A stretch of DNA of 64,000 nucleotides from Azolla caroliniana (Eukaryota > Plantae > Polypodiophyta): assembly GCA_043228905.1 (NCBI GenBank), contig JBHGNT010000006.1:10168001-10232000 (forward strand), in the 5' to 3' direction. The position numbers and the translations under genes are program-made. Positions within the stretch are counted from its first letter, which is position 1. Each line of letters begins with the position of its first letter. The notes below the pieces were generated by a model that made no database searches, had not been told where the DNA came from, and saw nothing but the letters and a program-made list of their open reading frames with translations. Shown here piece by piece: positions 49,701-61,450 of this stretch.

Positions 49701-50458
49701 TATGCTGAAAAGGCTTCTGCTTCGCCTTCTCCGTTTGCCAACGCGTGGAGAAGGGATTCGACTTCCCGGAGGTTGCTTAGGCTGCTGCCGTCGTCCGGGT
49801 GCGATGTTTGCTGTAACCAGAGGGAGTCCTCCGCTACTCTCCGGATTACGTTGGAAAACGAGCGATCTGCTCTAATTTCCTGCGCCGCTTGCTGGAAAGC
49901 CTTGCGTCTCCTTTGCCTTTCGGCAAGGCATCGAGTTCGATCTGTAACCAGGTCGTGCGTTGATCTAGACATCCATCCGTGTCGTCGTTCGCTGCAAAAA
50001 CAGGAATCGTGGTCGCCAAAAACTGTGTTAACTCTTCGGGCCGAACAATGGCCTAACGGGTGTCTACGGAAGACACTTCACCAAAGGGTGTTACGGAAAC
50101 CGGATTAGACTTCAACGCTTAATCCGACTTAATTAAGTTACTTATTATTATCGTCTTTCATAACACACGCGTAAGATATAACAATTAAGACAGAACGGCA
50201 ATTAGCATAGATAGATAATAACGCTAAGCTTTTATTAATTCACCGCACCCTATTACATTGTATCCGGGCCTTTAAATAGGTTTCCGGTCAGTATTACAAA
50301 ACGGTGCCATCCGCATCTATTCGGGATCGGTCTGGATCCGGAACGGCATATCGATTCCGGTCCGTCCGTCCACACTCATAGCTTAATTACAACCATATTC
50401 CTACTACTCAATTAACTCTCTGTTTCCCACTCTGGACTCCTTTTGCCGGCCGGTAACA
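40743..50458 (-). mobile_element. Ty3/Gypsy element 2 (Athila/Tat-like) with extra 3' ORF; LTRs 50026-50458 (5') and 40743-41177 (3')
   Basis: TGTTA...TAACA termini and 5-bp TSD TCGTC on both sides. PBS TTTTTGGCGACCAC (tRNA-Arg-like). gag 49972-48602, PR IDGGSRVN, RT WLSPIVVVPKKNGKIRVCVDYRKLN and FLDGFSGYNQ, RH FVDASDIAIG and ERNYSTTERE, INT GGHYAGDATARKIWQSGLWWPT. Confidence 0.95.
41178..43810 (-). pseudogene. Extra sense ORF downstream of Gypsy-2 integrase (~850-900 aa, broken): globular N-terminus, disordered linker, long coiled coil
   Basis: Consecutive fragments 43331-43810 (MDPQTLS...ITTEAIRALTGLP...KVDWPVLI), 43094-43288, 42375-43124, 41964-42245 and 41592-41933 (E/K/R/Q heptad-rich). 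Confidence 0.7.
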
Positions 50459-53400
50459 TCGTCATCCAACTTGGCATCGCGGTCTTCCGGAACTTCTCTC
50501 CCCCTTCTGTGGTCATTCGGGACGTCTCTCCCCCTCAAGTTCGGCACGTCGAGGTGACGCAACCCAAGCGCACCCGAGAATTGCCGCAACTTGTCCAGAC
50601 CAACAAGCTTGGTGAAGATGTGAGCGGTCTGCGATCCGTCAGAACATACTGAAGTTCGACTTCACCGGAGAGGACACGCTCACGAACGAAATGGTAGCGC
50701 ACCTCAATGTGCTTAGTCCAGGCGTGGAAGACGGGGTTCTTTGCTAGTTGGATGCTGCTGAGGTTGTCGCAGTAGATTGTCGTTGGATCGGATACCTCCA
50801 CCTGCAGATCCTTAAGTAGTTGTTTCAACCAAATGACTTCGCACATAGCGATAGTCGCCCCTCGATACTCGGCCTCCGTGCTCGACAGTGCTACTGTCGT
50901 CTGTTTCTTACTGCTCCACGCAATCGCCGCACTTCCTAGAGAGAATGTGTATTCGGATGTGGATCAAAGATCGTGGGCATTTCCGGCCTAATCAACATCC
51001 GTGTAGCCGACTAACTGTTCGACAATGCCTGCTCGATATAGCAACGCCATGTCTTTTGTGCCGCTGACATATCGCAATATCCTTTGCGCGCACTGAAAGT
51101 GTTCGGCTGTAGGCTGCGACATGAATTGATTGATTAGTCTGACAGGGTAATTGAGGTCCCACCGAGTAATAGTCAAATAGATGAGACTTTCGACAATCTG
51201 TTAGAACCGTGTCAGGTCGCACGCTTTTCCCGAATCTAGGCGAAGCTTCACGTTTCTATCCAGGGGGGTCGAGATGGGCTTACAGTTTTCCATCCCGAAC
51301 ATGAAGAGCATATTCAGCGCGTAATGACGCTGGCTGATCAATATGCTTTCGGGGGTGTGGATCACTTCAATCCCGAGGAAGTAATGAAGGCGCCGAGATC
51401 CTTCATTTCGAATGATGCCGCAAGTTGAGACTTTACGCGATGGATTTCGTCTAGGTCGGCATCGACGATGACTAAATCATCAACATATAATAGGAGACTA
51501 ACCGGTCCGTGTTGACCTTGCCGAACAAATAGAGAAGAGTCTGATTTCAATGTTGTAAAGCCCATCCTACGCAGTTGTTGTGTAATCTTCGCGTTCCAGG
51601 CTCGCAGGGCTTGCTCAAGTCCGTACAGTGACTTCTTTAGTCGGCAAACTGCCGAGGTGTTTCGTTCGGATAGAAATCCAGGGGGTTGTACCATGTACAC
51701 CTGTTCCTCAAGCTCGCCTTGCAGGAACACTTTCCTAACATCCATTTGATGTAAATGTCACCCCTTCTCCGTTGTTACGACTAGCAGAACACGTATGGTA
51801 GTTATCTTCGCGACACGCGCGAAGGTCTCATCATAGTCCACGTCATGCTTCTGCGCGTAGCCTTTCGCTACTAACCGGGCCTTGTATCGGTTGACTGAGC
51901 CGTCGGTGTTGTACTTGACCTTGTACACCCACCTACATCCGATCGGCTTCACACCTTTCAGTGCATCAACCAAGTCCCAAGTTTCATTCTCCGCCAATGC
52001 GCGCATCTCTTACTCCATTGCAACACGCCAATTTGCGTTCTTCACCGCTTCTGCGTAGCTCTCCGGCTCACGCACTTCCGCTACACGGGTCATGTACGCA
52101 TAGTGATGTGCCATGTACTCATTGTATCCAAACCGCACAACAGGGTTCTTCTAGCGGGTAGATCGACGTAATTTCTCATTAGCCGATGTTGAGGTTTTCT
52201 TGGGCAACACGAACTTTGCTCTCGAAGACCCCTCATCACTTTCCTCGGAGTCGGGCTCGCGTCGATCCGACTCGTTCCTATCCGTGCCGTAATCCGACAC
52301 CTTCTTCTTCCCTTTTTCCTTGCACGTAAGACGTCTCCTCAGCTTCCTGCGCGGGGAATGCACGGCCGAGTCTCCACTACTCGTCGGCTCTTCTTCGGAT
52401 TGGTCAAACCAACTCAGTCGTCCATTCGGTCCACTTAACCGAAACGAGATCAAACTCTCTTCGAGGGTCCTAAATTCACCCTCATCCGGAGGCACTTCAG
52501 CCTCACTGACCTCATCGTCAGAACTCGGATTGGAGTTGAGGTCCGGAGTCGGAGGCAAGTACCAGGACGCGGACTCGTCAAACACGACGTCGCGGCTTAT
52601 GCGAGCTTGTTTGGTTTGGGGGTTATAGCACTTATAACCCTTCTGCTTGTCCAAATAGTTGACTAAGATACACTTCTCAACTTTCGCGTCCATCTTCCTC
52701 TATTTCTCCTTCGGCACATGCACATACGCAATGCTACCAAAAACTTTCAAGTGTCGTAGATTCAGCTTCCTTCCGAAATACAACTCATGCGCCGACACAT
52801 TGTCTCCGATCCGATTCTGGATGTACACCGCGGTTCATACCGCCTCGGCCCAATAGAACTTGAGCAAGCTCTTTTCTTCCAGCATTGCCTGCGCCACTTC
52901 CACAATCGACCGATTTTTCCTTTCGGCCACGCCGTTTTTCTCCGGCGTATATCTACAACTAAATTCGCGTCGAATTCCCATCTGTTGCAGATACCCGTTG
53001 AATTGACTTGAAAAGTACTCTTTTCCGCCATCTGACCGCAAGCACTTGATCTTTCTTCCTGTTTCCCTTTCGATGAAGGTCTTGAGGTCCCAGAAACAGT
53101 CGAAGACTTCACTCTTCTTCTCAATGAGGTAGATCCACGTGTACCGCGTATAGTCGTCAATGAAGGAGACGAAATATCGACTCCCGCCAAGACTAACGTT
53201 CTGTGCCGGCCCCCATACATCAAAATGTATCATGTCGAGCTTGTTCCGACTTTGGTTACGCTCGTTAGGGAAAGGAAGTCGGTGTTGCCTCCCTAGATGG
53301 CAGGCTTCACAAATTTGTGTCTTCCGGCCACTAAATTTGGGCAATCCGAACACCACTTGTTTCGATTGCAGGTCCTGAAGCCGTTGATAGTTCACGTGGC

Positions 53401-56018
53401 CTATCCGCTTGTGCCATAAGTCGATATCCGACTCGACTTTTTGTCCTTTCGCGAACCTTGTGGGGCCACCGTCACTAGAGTCGAGGATAAACATCCTCCC
53501 ATCTCTGTGCCCTTGCGCAATAACTCGGCCTTCTTCCTCGATGAAGCACCTGAGATGCGTGAACCGGACTTGCATCCCCTGGTCGACGATCTGCCCAACC
53601 GACACCAGATTCTTCATGATTGTCGGGACGTGTAACACGTTCATCAATTTCCCTTTCTACCCGACATGGCTCAGGGGAACTTCACCGACATTCACGATCA
53701 GATACGGAGTGTCGTCTCCAGTTGCGACTACTCCCGGTTGCATCAGTTTCTCAAGGTATGAGAACCACTCATTGTGGTACGTCATGTGGTTTGATGTGCC
53801 GGAGTCAACATACCACACCTCGTCCGATTTTAGGGTGGACTTCTTCATCGAGTTCGCTTCGTGTCTCGTCACGAAGGCTGACCCTTTTCCAGCTTTTCCG
53901 GATCCTTCGGCGTAGTGCAATCGTTGCAGATTACCCTTGTCGGTTTGTCCGGAACCTGATCTGGATCCGGTCCTCTTCGAATCGGCGCGCTTCTTCCAGC
54001 ACTCGCTCTCCTTGTGGCCTTTCTTACCACAGTACCAGCATTCCGCGGCGGGTTTCCCTTGCCGGTTCTCGTCGCCTCAACTCCCCCTGTTTCTGGAGGG
54101 TCTGGAATTGCTGTCGGCATCACTTCGGTGCCTTCTTCCTTGATCCCATTGGCCGCTTCCATTGCATACCGACTCGCCTCGTCCGCCACGACCACGGGGC
54201 CTATCTCCCTCCGTGTACAACATTACTATCGGTATGCGTGCTCGTCGACGCACCCGCATGGTTCTCCTCTATAAGGAGCATCGACTGTAGGTCGAAAAAT
54301 GATGGCGTATTCTCCCGTGTACACACAACAGTTCGGAATGCTCCGAACTTTGACGCCAGTCCCCCGACACAGATCTGCACCATCTCGCCTTCCTCAACGT
54401 TCACATCGATAGAGGCTAAGGAGTCGCATATCTCTTTGATCTTTGAGGTGTAATCAGCCACCGACAAGTTGTGTTGTCGTAAGTTGCTTAGCTCCTGTCA
54501 GAGTTGAAGCTTCTTGGTTGTGGTGCTTGCGGCGAAAATCTTCTTCAGATTTCCCTAAGCATCTTTCGGCGTTTTCACATCCCGAATATAGCTCAGAAGT
54601 TGTTCGCCCACACAAGACGCGAAGTAGTAGAGAACTCTGCTCGCCGACTGTTCCCAAGCCAGGAAGTCTTTGTGTGTCAATTTTGTATTTCTTTATCCTA
54701 ATCTATTGCACCTCGTGTAATGGGGTTACTTCTTGAAAACCCCTAATTTCTAATTTCATGCTATATGCATACTTGATCAACGTGGTGTACCATGTAGGAA
54801 ATATGACCACCTTAATATTTTTGACAATAATTATGTATTCTAAAAGAAAATTGTGATCCATACTCCTAGTGGGATTTGACTAAAAATGAGGGATGTGGCA
54901 TAGTTTTCGGCCTATAAAAATCAAAGAGAAACAATGGGTAGGTTGGTGTTTTAAGGATCAAACTCAATTTTTATAAGTGACTACAAATCTTTTGTACTCT
55001 TTTGTACCATTGCTCCATTCACTCTCTTCAATGCCTATCACCTAAGGTTGAACAAGAATGGAAGGTGGCAAATCTTGAAACTTAGTTAACATTCTAAATC
55101 GCCACTTGTATCAAAGGTCTTCATTTGGAGAGTGTTGATGAAGGATTTACCTTTTGCATTAGCACTAAAGAGACATGAGTTAGCAACATGCACTTGCTTC
55201 ATTTGCATTATTCAAGTGGAAGATAGTATGCATCATTTTATAAAATGTCTAATCGCTCATTAAATATGGGGTTACATTCTCACAACTCAATTTGGTATCA
55301 TTGTAAATTTTATCACACACATTTATTAATAGATTTGTGTGTTTCCACTAGAAAAAGAGAGAGGATAATTATAACATATGGATTAGTAACAATGTGTAAG
55401 AATAAAGATTTGATCCCACTACCTTCAGCAACGAAAAAGCTTACAAATAAGGTAAAACCTACAATGCAAACAAAAAAGCTTAAAGAATCCTACTTGCACT
55501 AAGAAACATCAACTTAATAGCGTACCAATCACTCAAATAATAACACGAACAATTGTCCATAATTTACAAAAAGCCTAATAATAACCTCCACAATATATGA
55601 CAACATTTTACAATCAGCTACTTAGCACGTGTGTGTGTGTATGTACGTGTGTGTGTGTGTATGTGTGCGTGTGTGCACTTTAATACCTAATAGCACCCAA
55701 CACAAATCCTTTGATGATGCACATGAAAATCATTGATTTTCATGTCACTCCAATCCTCAGCAACTTATCTAGGAAGGGTTTGATAAGCAATGCAATCCAT
55801 ATTAATGATCGATGCAAGACATTGTAAAAAAGAAAAATAGAATAGAATAGAAATAGAAAGTTTCTATATGAACATAATAAGTTGTTTAAAGGTTGCATGA
55901 TGTGGAGTATCACACATATGTATGAAGAAAGATGGCGTGGTCATGTTTGCCAATCAACCCCAGAAGAGTTACAATAAAGAAAATAGTTGTGCATCTCAAC
56001 TTGAGAGAATAGAAGAGT

Positions 56019-58457
56019 ATGGCCACTCCATCTTCAAGAGAAGAGACTATGACCACGCCAACATCAGAAGACACTACCTCCCCCCCATTAGATGTTAAGC
56101 CACCTACTGAAGTTCCTCACCTTCCTTCTTCACAATTGGATCGAACCCGAGTCCTTGTTGCTGTTGATGAAAGTGAAGAAAGCTTGAAAGCCCTCTCGTG
56201 GTCTATTGATAACCTCTTCTTGCCTCCTGGGTGCACTCGTTGCTCGGATGTCATCATCCTCCTCCATGTTCAAAGCCATCCTCAAGTCTTAGTTGGTCCT
56301 GTAGGGCCAGGTAAGTTTTATTCGCCTTCATGTATTGACTAGCTATGTAATCTATCTATAATACATACATGCATATGCATATGTGTGTTTATCTTTGAAG
56401 CTTTTCATTACATTTGTAGTAGTGGTTACTATTGGCCTTGTGTAGCATCATTTGGCTATACATATATATACATATGTGTGTGTATGCATATTGTTGTATA
56501 ATGTTTTGATTCTATGGTTTTCGGTTTTATGATTTCATCTTCACTCACATATTAAAATTTTGAAACTTTTCGTTAGAATTGTAGTGGTTCCTATTGGCCT
56601 CATGTAGCATAATTTGGCTTTTTGTCTAGTCAAATTCTATGATCATATTTATTAGCTTGTTGTGTTGTGTTGGATTTTACGTTTCTATTTGGCATCATGA
56701 TCGCTTGAACTTTAACATGCAATATGTCTTTGTAATGATTCCAAAAGATCATGACATAAGACTATGCATTGTGTACTTCATGTAAAATATCAGAAGTTGA
56801 CCACTTTTGGGTTAGTATCATGGAACAGGCATGATAATTCTAATCTAGCTTAATGGAGTCAAACATCATGTTGGATTATACTACCTTTCATGATGACTTG
56901 CATCGATGAATTAAAAAAATTGGTAAATTAAATTGCTCTCTTACTTAAGGAATATGGTACTCATATACTAGTAAAGTTAAGTGGCAAGTTGTTGGATAAT
57001 GTTATTTTTGTAGTTTGAGAATATTCGTCGCCTTTCATGATGACTTGCATTGATGAATTATAACATTTTGTAGATTAAATTGCTCTCTGTCTTAAAGAAT
57101 ATGTTACTCATATTCTCATACTAGTAAAGTTTAGCGGCAAGTTGTTGGATAATGTTAATTTTCTTAGTTTGAGAATATTCACTAATGTGCCACCCTTTGA
57201 CAAATATTAGGGTTTGTTGAAAATTGTATATCTTGGTGCATTTGATCATATCTATGGTTATATTTTTTTGTTGGATTGTGACCTTGGCCATAAAAAATTT
57301 GGTATTTCATGTGTTAGGTATTTTGCAATTGATAGGTTGCAATTGGAGTTTGTTGGGTTGTGTTATTTTCATGGTTAGCCTTTCTTGGTGTATTTGATCA
57401 CCACCTTCGTTACCAAATTTTGTAAATCATGCATTTAGGTTTTTTGTTGACTATAGGGATTGTTTATTCATAGTCTATTTTAGGTTGCCATTCCATGTTT
57501 TCATAACTAGGTTCTTTTATTGCTAACTAGTCTATTATCTTTATTCAATTACTATTAATTTCGTTTGTCAACAAATAGTCATGCTCTTTATTAACGGGAT
57601 TACTATCCCCCCCCCCCCCCCCCCCCCTTTACTAAAGGCCATCCTCCTACAGGTTTCTATGTTACACCTGAAATCTTGGACTCCATCAGGAAGAATCAAG
57701 ATAATATATCAAGGAAAGTCCTAGTTCGAGCGAAGAACATTTGTGATGAAAAACACGTAATGCGTTCTTCCACTTTGTGAACATTTTTCTAAATTTACTT
57801 GTATTTAATTGTGTTGAAGTGAAAACAATTGTGTAGTAAAGACTAGGAAATTATTGTAATAATATTGATAATTATACAATGTTTTTAGAGGTATTGATTG
57901 TGAACGATATATTGGTTGCTAATTGTGATTGTCACTTTAGAGATTATCATAAACAGGTCACAGAAATCATTTGCAGTTCATTTTTTACATGTTTGTTGTT
58001 TGTGCTTGATTGTCTTCATACAAGTACACAATTTTGAGTTATATATCCTCCATTAAACGCTCTTCTCAAGTGACATATTTTATATGTTCTAATTTTGTTC
58101 TCTTATTTATTTTCAATCTTAACCCCATGATTTATTGTGCATATCTCATACCTTTGACAGTTAGAAATTGAGACAATGGTTGCAATTGGAGATGCAAGGG
58201 ATGGTATTTGTGAAGCCATTGATAAGCTTCATCCGAGGTATTTGGTCATTGGTAGTCATGGATATGGAGCCTTCAAAAGGTGTGACTTTTTACTATATTT
58301 ATTTGAAACGTTTTGTTGGTGGATATTGGATTTCAATGTAACTAATGTGATGTCGACCTATTTGTGCATGGGTCACAGGACGTTCCTCGGAAGTGTCAGT
58401 GATTATTGCGCTCATCATGCAAAATGTCCTATAGTTATTGTTAGAAAGAAAGACTAA
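56019..58457 (+). CDS. Universal stress protein A-like (USP domain), 197 aa; exons 56019-56310, 57653-57756, 58161-58279, 58379-58457
   Basis: VLVAVDESEESLKALSW, IILLHVQ, GDARDGICEA, and the ATP-binding signature GSHGYGAFKRTFLGSVSDYCAHHAKCPIVIV. GT-AG introns; 594 nt in frame. Confidence 0.95.
56884..57180. repeat. Diverged ~147-bp tandem duplication in USP intron 1
   Basis: CCTTTCATGATGACTTGCAT.GATGAATTA...TAGTTTGAGAATATTC present twice (56884, 57031). Confidence 0.9.
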
Positions 58458-58519
58458 TTATATGGAATCTTTAATAAAAAGCCTTAATATCCACATCTTC
58501 GAAGTTATATAGTTTGTAT

Positions 58520-59115
58520 AAAATGTCGGTCACATCTCATTGTGTGCTCAATATGAGATGCTACTTTTGTAAGCTACAAAAACATGAGTTTATAAATCTT
58601 GTTTATAATATATGGGCATGCAATTTTAGTGTGATTATTTCCATTTAATGTGTCACTATATATGCAATCTCTATGTGATTATTTTCGTAAAGGTATGGTA
58701 GTGAATTGTAAAACATCTCATATATGTCAAATCTCATTTGGATCGTTATTGTTTTAAAGTTTTGTATTTTGTATGTATGAATCCGTACCTTCCAATACGC
58801 AAGTTGTGTATTTTATAAAGTGTCAAGTCACATCTCATAGGTGGTGGAAACAATATGCTCTTTTTTGTAAGCTACAAAATTGGGCTTTCAAATCTTGTTG
58901 TATTAAGGTGTCGTTATAGATTTCACTTTTGTGGATGTCTCACTAGTAACTAACCATGTTAAAAGTGTTGGTTATTTTTTGCAAGCTACAAATTTGGGCT
59001 ATCTAAATCTTGTATTTAGATTCACTTTCGTGGATGTCTCACAAGAAACGAAGTCATGTTAAAAGTGTTGGCTAGATCACTTGAAACAAAATCGCGTTAA
59101 AATTGTTGGCTAGAG
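58520..59115. repeat. Patchwork of diverged short duplications downstream of USP
   Basis: TTTTGTAAGCTACAAAA...AAATCTTGT three times, GTCACATCTCAT twice, TAGATT.CACTTT.GTGGATGTCTCAC twice, GTTAAAA.TGTTGG three times. Confidence 0.75.
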
Positions 59116-61249
59116 ACCAAGTTTTTACCAATTGAAAGGTGTAACAATGATTTTGTTAGAATAATAATGTAGGAATATGGGAACATAGCGGCGAAATATA
59201 GTATATATATGTAGATGTCTTTAATGATGTGAACTTAAAATCTGAACTTGAGACGGAAACTAAAACCAAGAAATTTTTCAAATACAAAAGCATTAATGGA
59301 ATCCACGGTCTTACTTTTGTGAAACTCTAGGGTGTTGTTTCCCAATTTCCCACTTCTATTTTTATTCTCGTGTCCATTTCCATGGCGGTCCCCTGAATTA
59401 AGAACTCCATTCTCGTTTGTCCCACACTCTAGTAAATTGGTTTTGAAAGCATTCGAGCTATAGAACAAATTTAGAATAATCCAAGACATCCTCCAACTTT
59501 CCATCTTATAGTTGGAAGCTTGCACTAAGATCGCCACATGGACCAATTGTGGTAAGTGGTTGTTTTGTTTAAATTTATTTACTTTGGTTAATAACCGTAA
59601 ATAGCAATGGCTATTTGGTTCATGTAACTCAAAGGATATAGAGCACTCCACCCCTAGCTCACGTACTCCACTTTAGAAAAGCCACTTTGCAAAGGACTTT
59701 GGGTAATTTTTATTATACATGGACATCAAAATTGTGGTTGGTTTGGTTGGTAAAAACCAATCAATAGAAATTATGAATTCGCTAAGACATCCATCATGGG
59801 ATTCGTTACCTTATTGGGAAATTTATTCAAAGAATTATGAAGTTTGATTATATAGTAAATAGTGTGAATCTCAAATTTGATATCTTTCAATGTGTAACAA
59901 GCAGCAAGTAGTTTGGAACTTCACTTACTTGCCACAATAATATTGTAGATTATGTGAAACTCAATTTTGGTCTGGTTCCATAGTTTGGGACTTGACTTAC
60001 AAGCCTCATGAATAATGTCATTACTTTCACAAGCCAAGTCAGGGACTTTGAAGGCAAAGGTGGGTTTGGGCAAAATTTTAATCAAATATCTTAACAAATG
60101 ACAAACAAGATGGGTTTATTGATATTGATTTTAACATTGACATATGGTGGTTGTACTAATTGGGTCTTATATTATAACCATTTCAAGGAAATGTAGGGGT
60201 GTGATATATATTAGATGGGTGATATTGTGCTTAATTGTTTCCATGTTTAGCTAATAATATCTAATGTCCAAGCACTATAGTGGGCCATTTGATGACGAAG
60301 TAAGACTATTATCAAATGTTATGATCACATGCACCCAACTCATGCTCATGAAGCATGATGAATTGAGCTACTCATAATGGAAAACAATACCCCCAACATT
60401 AGCACATTCCTTCTAGGGTGCACATGTATGACCAAAGACATCGTGGCCAAAAAACACGAGTGATCACTTTCAAAATTTAACATAATTGTGACCATGTAAT
60501 CTAGGAGCATGCTATAAGCTTAACGTAGATGAGTCATGGCGCAAAGTGTTTCCCAGCTACGTTGAACACATGTAATTTAAATGCAATAACACATACAAAA
60601 CCTAGTTATAAGTTGAGTAACCAATAGGTGTGGGTTGACAAATCTAGCACCTCGAAGAGCTCGATAGAAAATAATATAGCCATGAAATAAACTCTTAAGA
60701 AAATGTGTCATAAAAGGTGCAAGATAATTCATTCCATGAATAATGTAATAGACATTAAAATAATCTCATTAGGTTGTGTAGTGCAATGAGTTTATTCACA
60801 TCAAGATGTATTTTGTAAGTTTACGCAATTAGAGCTTGACATAGACAACCATTTTCATTTCATATCTTTGTTAGAGTGTGGTCCTTACAGTGAAGGAATT
60901 GTCTATTTAAGGTCAACATCAGGATACCTAGGTTACTTACCCACTCATATTAGGAAATGTGTTGTTTGTCAACTTTTGATTCCCCAATCATCATAGTCTC
61001 CTTTGCAAGAAAAATCACAATCAGCAGCATTACTTGTATCGCTTACCAAAAAAGTTAACAAACAGTTGAAGATACACAATGAAAAGTAGTCAATCATTCA
61101 ATAACTTGCTTGTTTTTACCAAACAACACACCATCATTTGTCTTATGGTGTTGATGCAACAAAGAGTGTGCTCTCACCAACATGGAATGTGTAAAGATGA
61201 CACACAAGATAAGCACGGGAGCACGACAATATATGAAGGGGAACCTTAC

Positions 61250-61450
61250 GATGTTCATGTGAATGGACCTAATAAAGCTATAGAAGTATCCCTATTGTAG
61301 CATGTTGCATTCCAAGGGTGAGAGTAGTCAATGTACAATAATGGGAACTTGAGTTCATACTCCTTGATTTTTCCAAGGGATGCCGAACATGTAGTTGGGC
61401 ATACACCATGTTCCCCTACTGCACCATCATGGCTAACATCCACTATATCC
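61250..61450 (-). mobile_element. Possible highly decayed hAT transposase C-terminal remnant
   Basis: KEYELKFPLL...LGM...QI...SIA loosely follows the hAT dimerisation-domain pattern. Surrounding sequence (about 60.4-63.2 kb) looks like eroded coding DNA, but no frame can be rebuilt. Confidence 0.25.

Larger units (their letters stand above)
31923..54670 (-). mobile_element. Ty1/Copia element C, 5'-truncated and split by two Gypsy insertions: 3' LTR 31923-32339 + 40237-40286, 3' UTR 40287-40742, gag-pol ~50530-54670
   Basis: Motifs: gag SVADYTSKIKEICDSL and CWYCGKKGHKESEC, PR WYVDSGTSNHMT, INT CEACHLGRQHRLPF, RT YKARLVAKGY and LYVDDL, RH TKHIEVRYHFVRE. PPT GAGGGGGAG (40287-40295) is followed by TGTTG on the minus strand. 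No 5' LTR. Confidence 0.88.

Noticed and set aside
33600-54500. Numerous plus-strand ORFs within the minus-strand retrotransposons
   Set aside because: Antisense shadows of GC-rich gag/pol coding sequence with no independent motifs.
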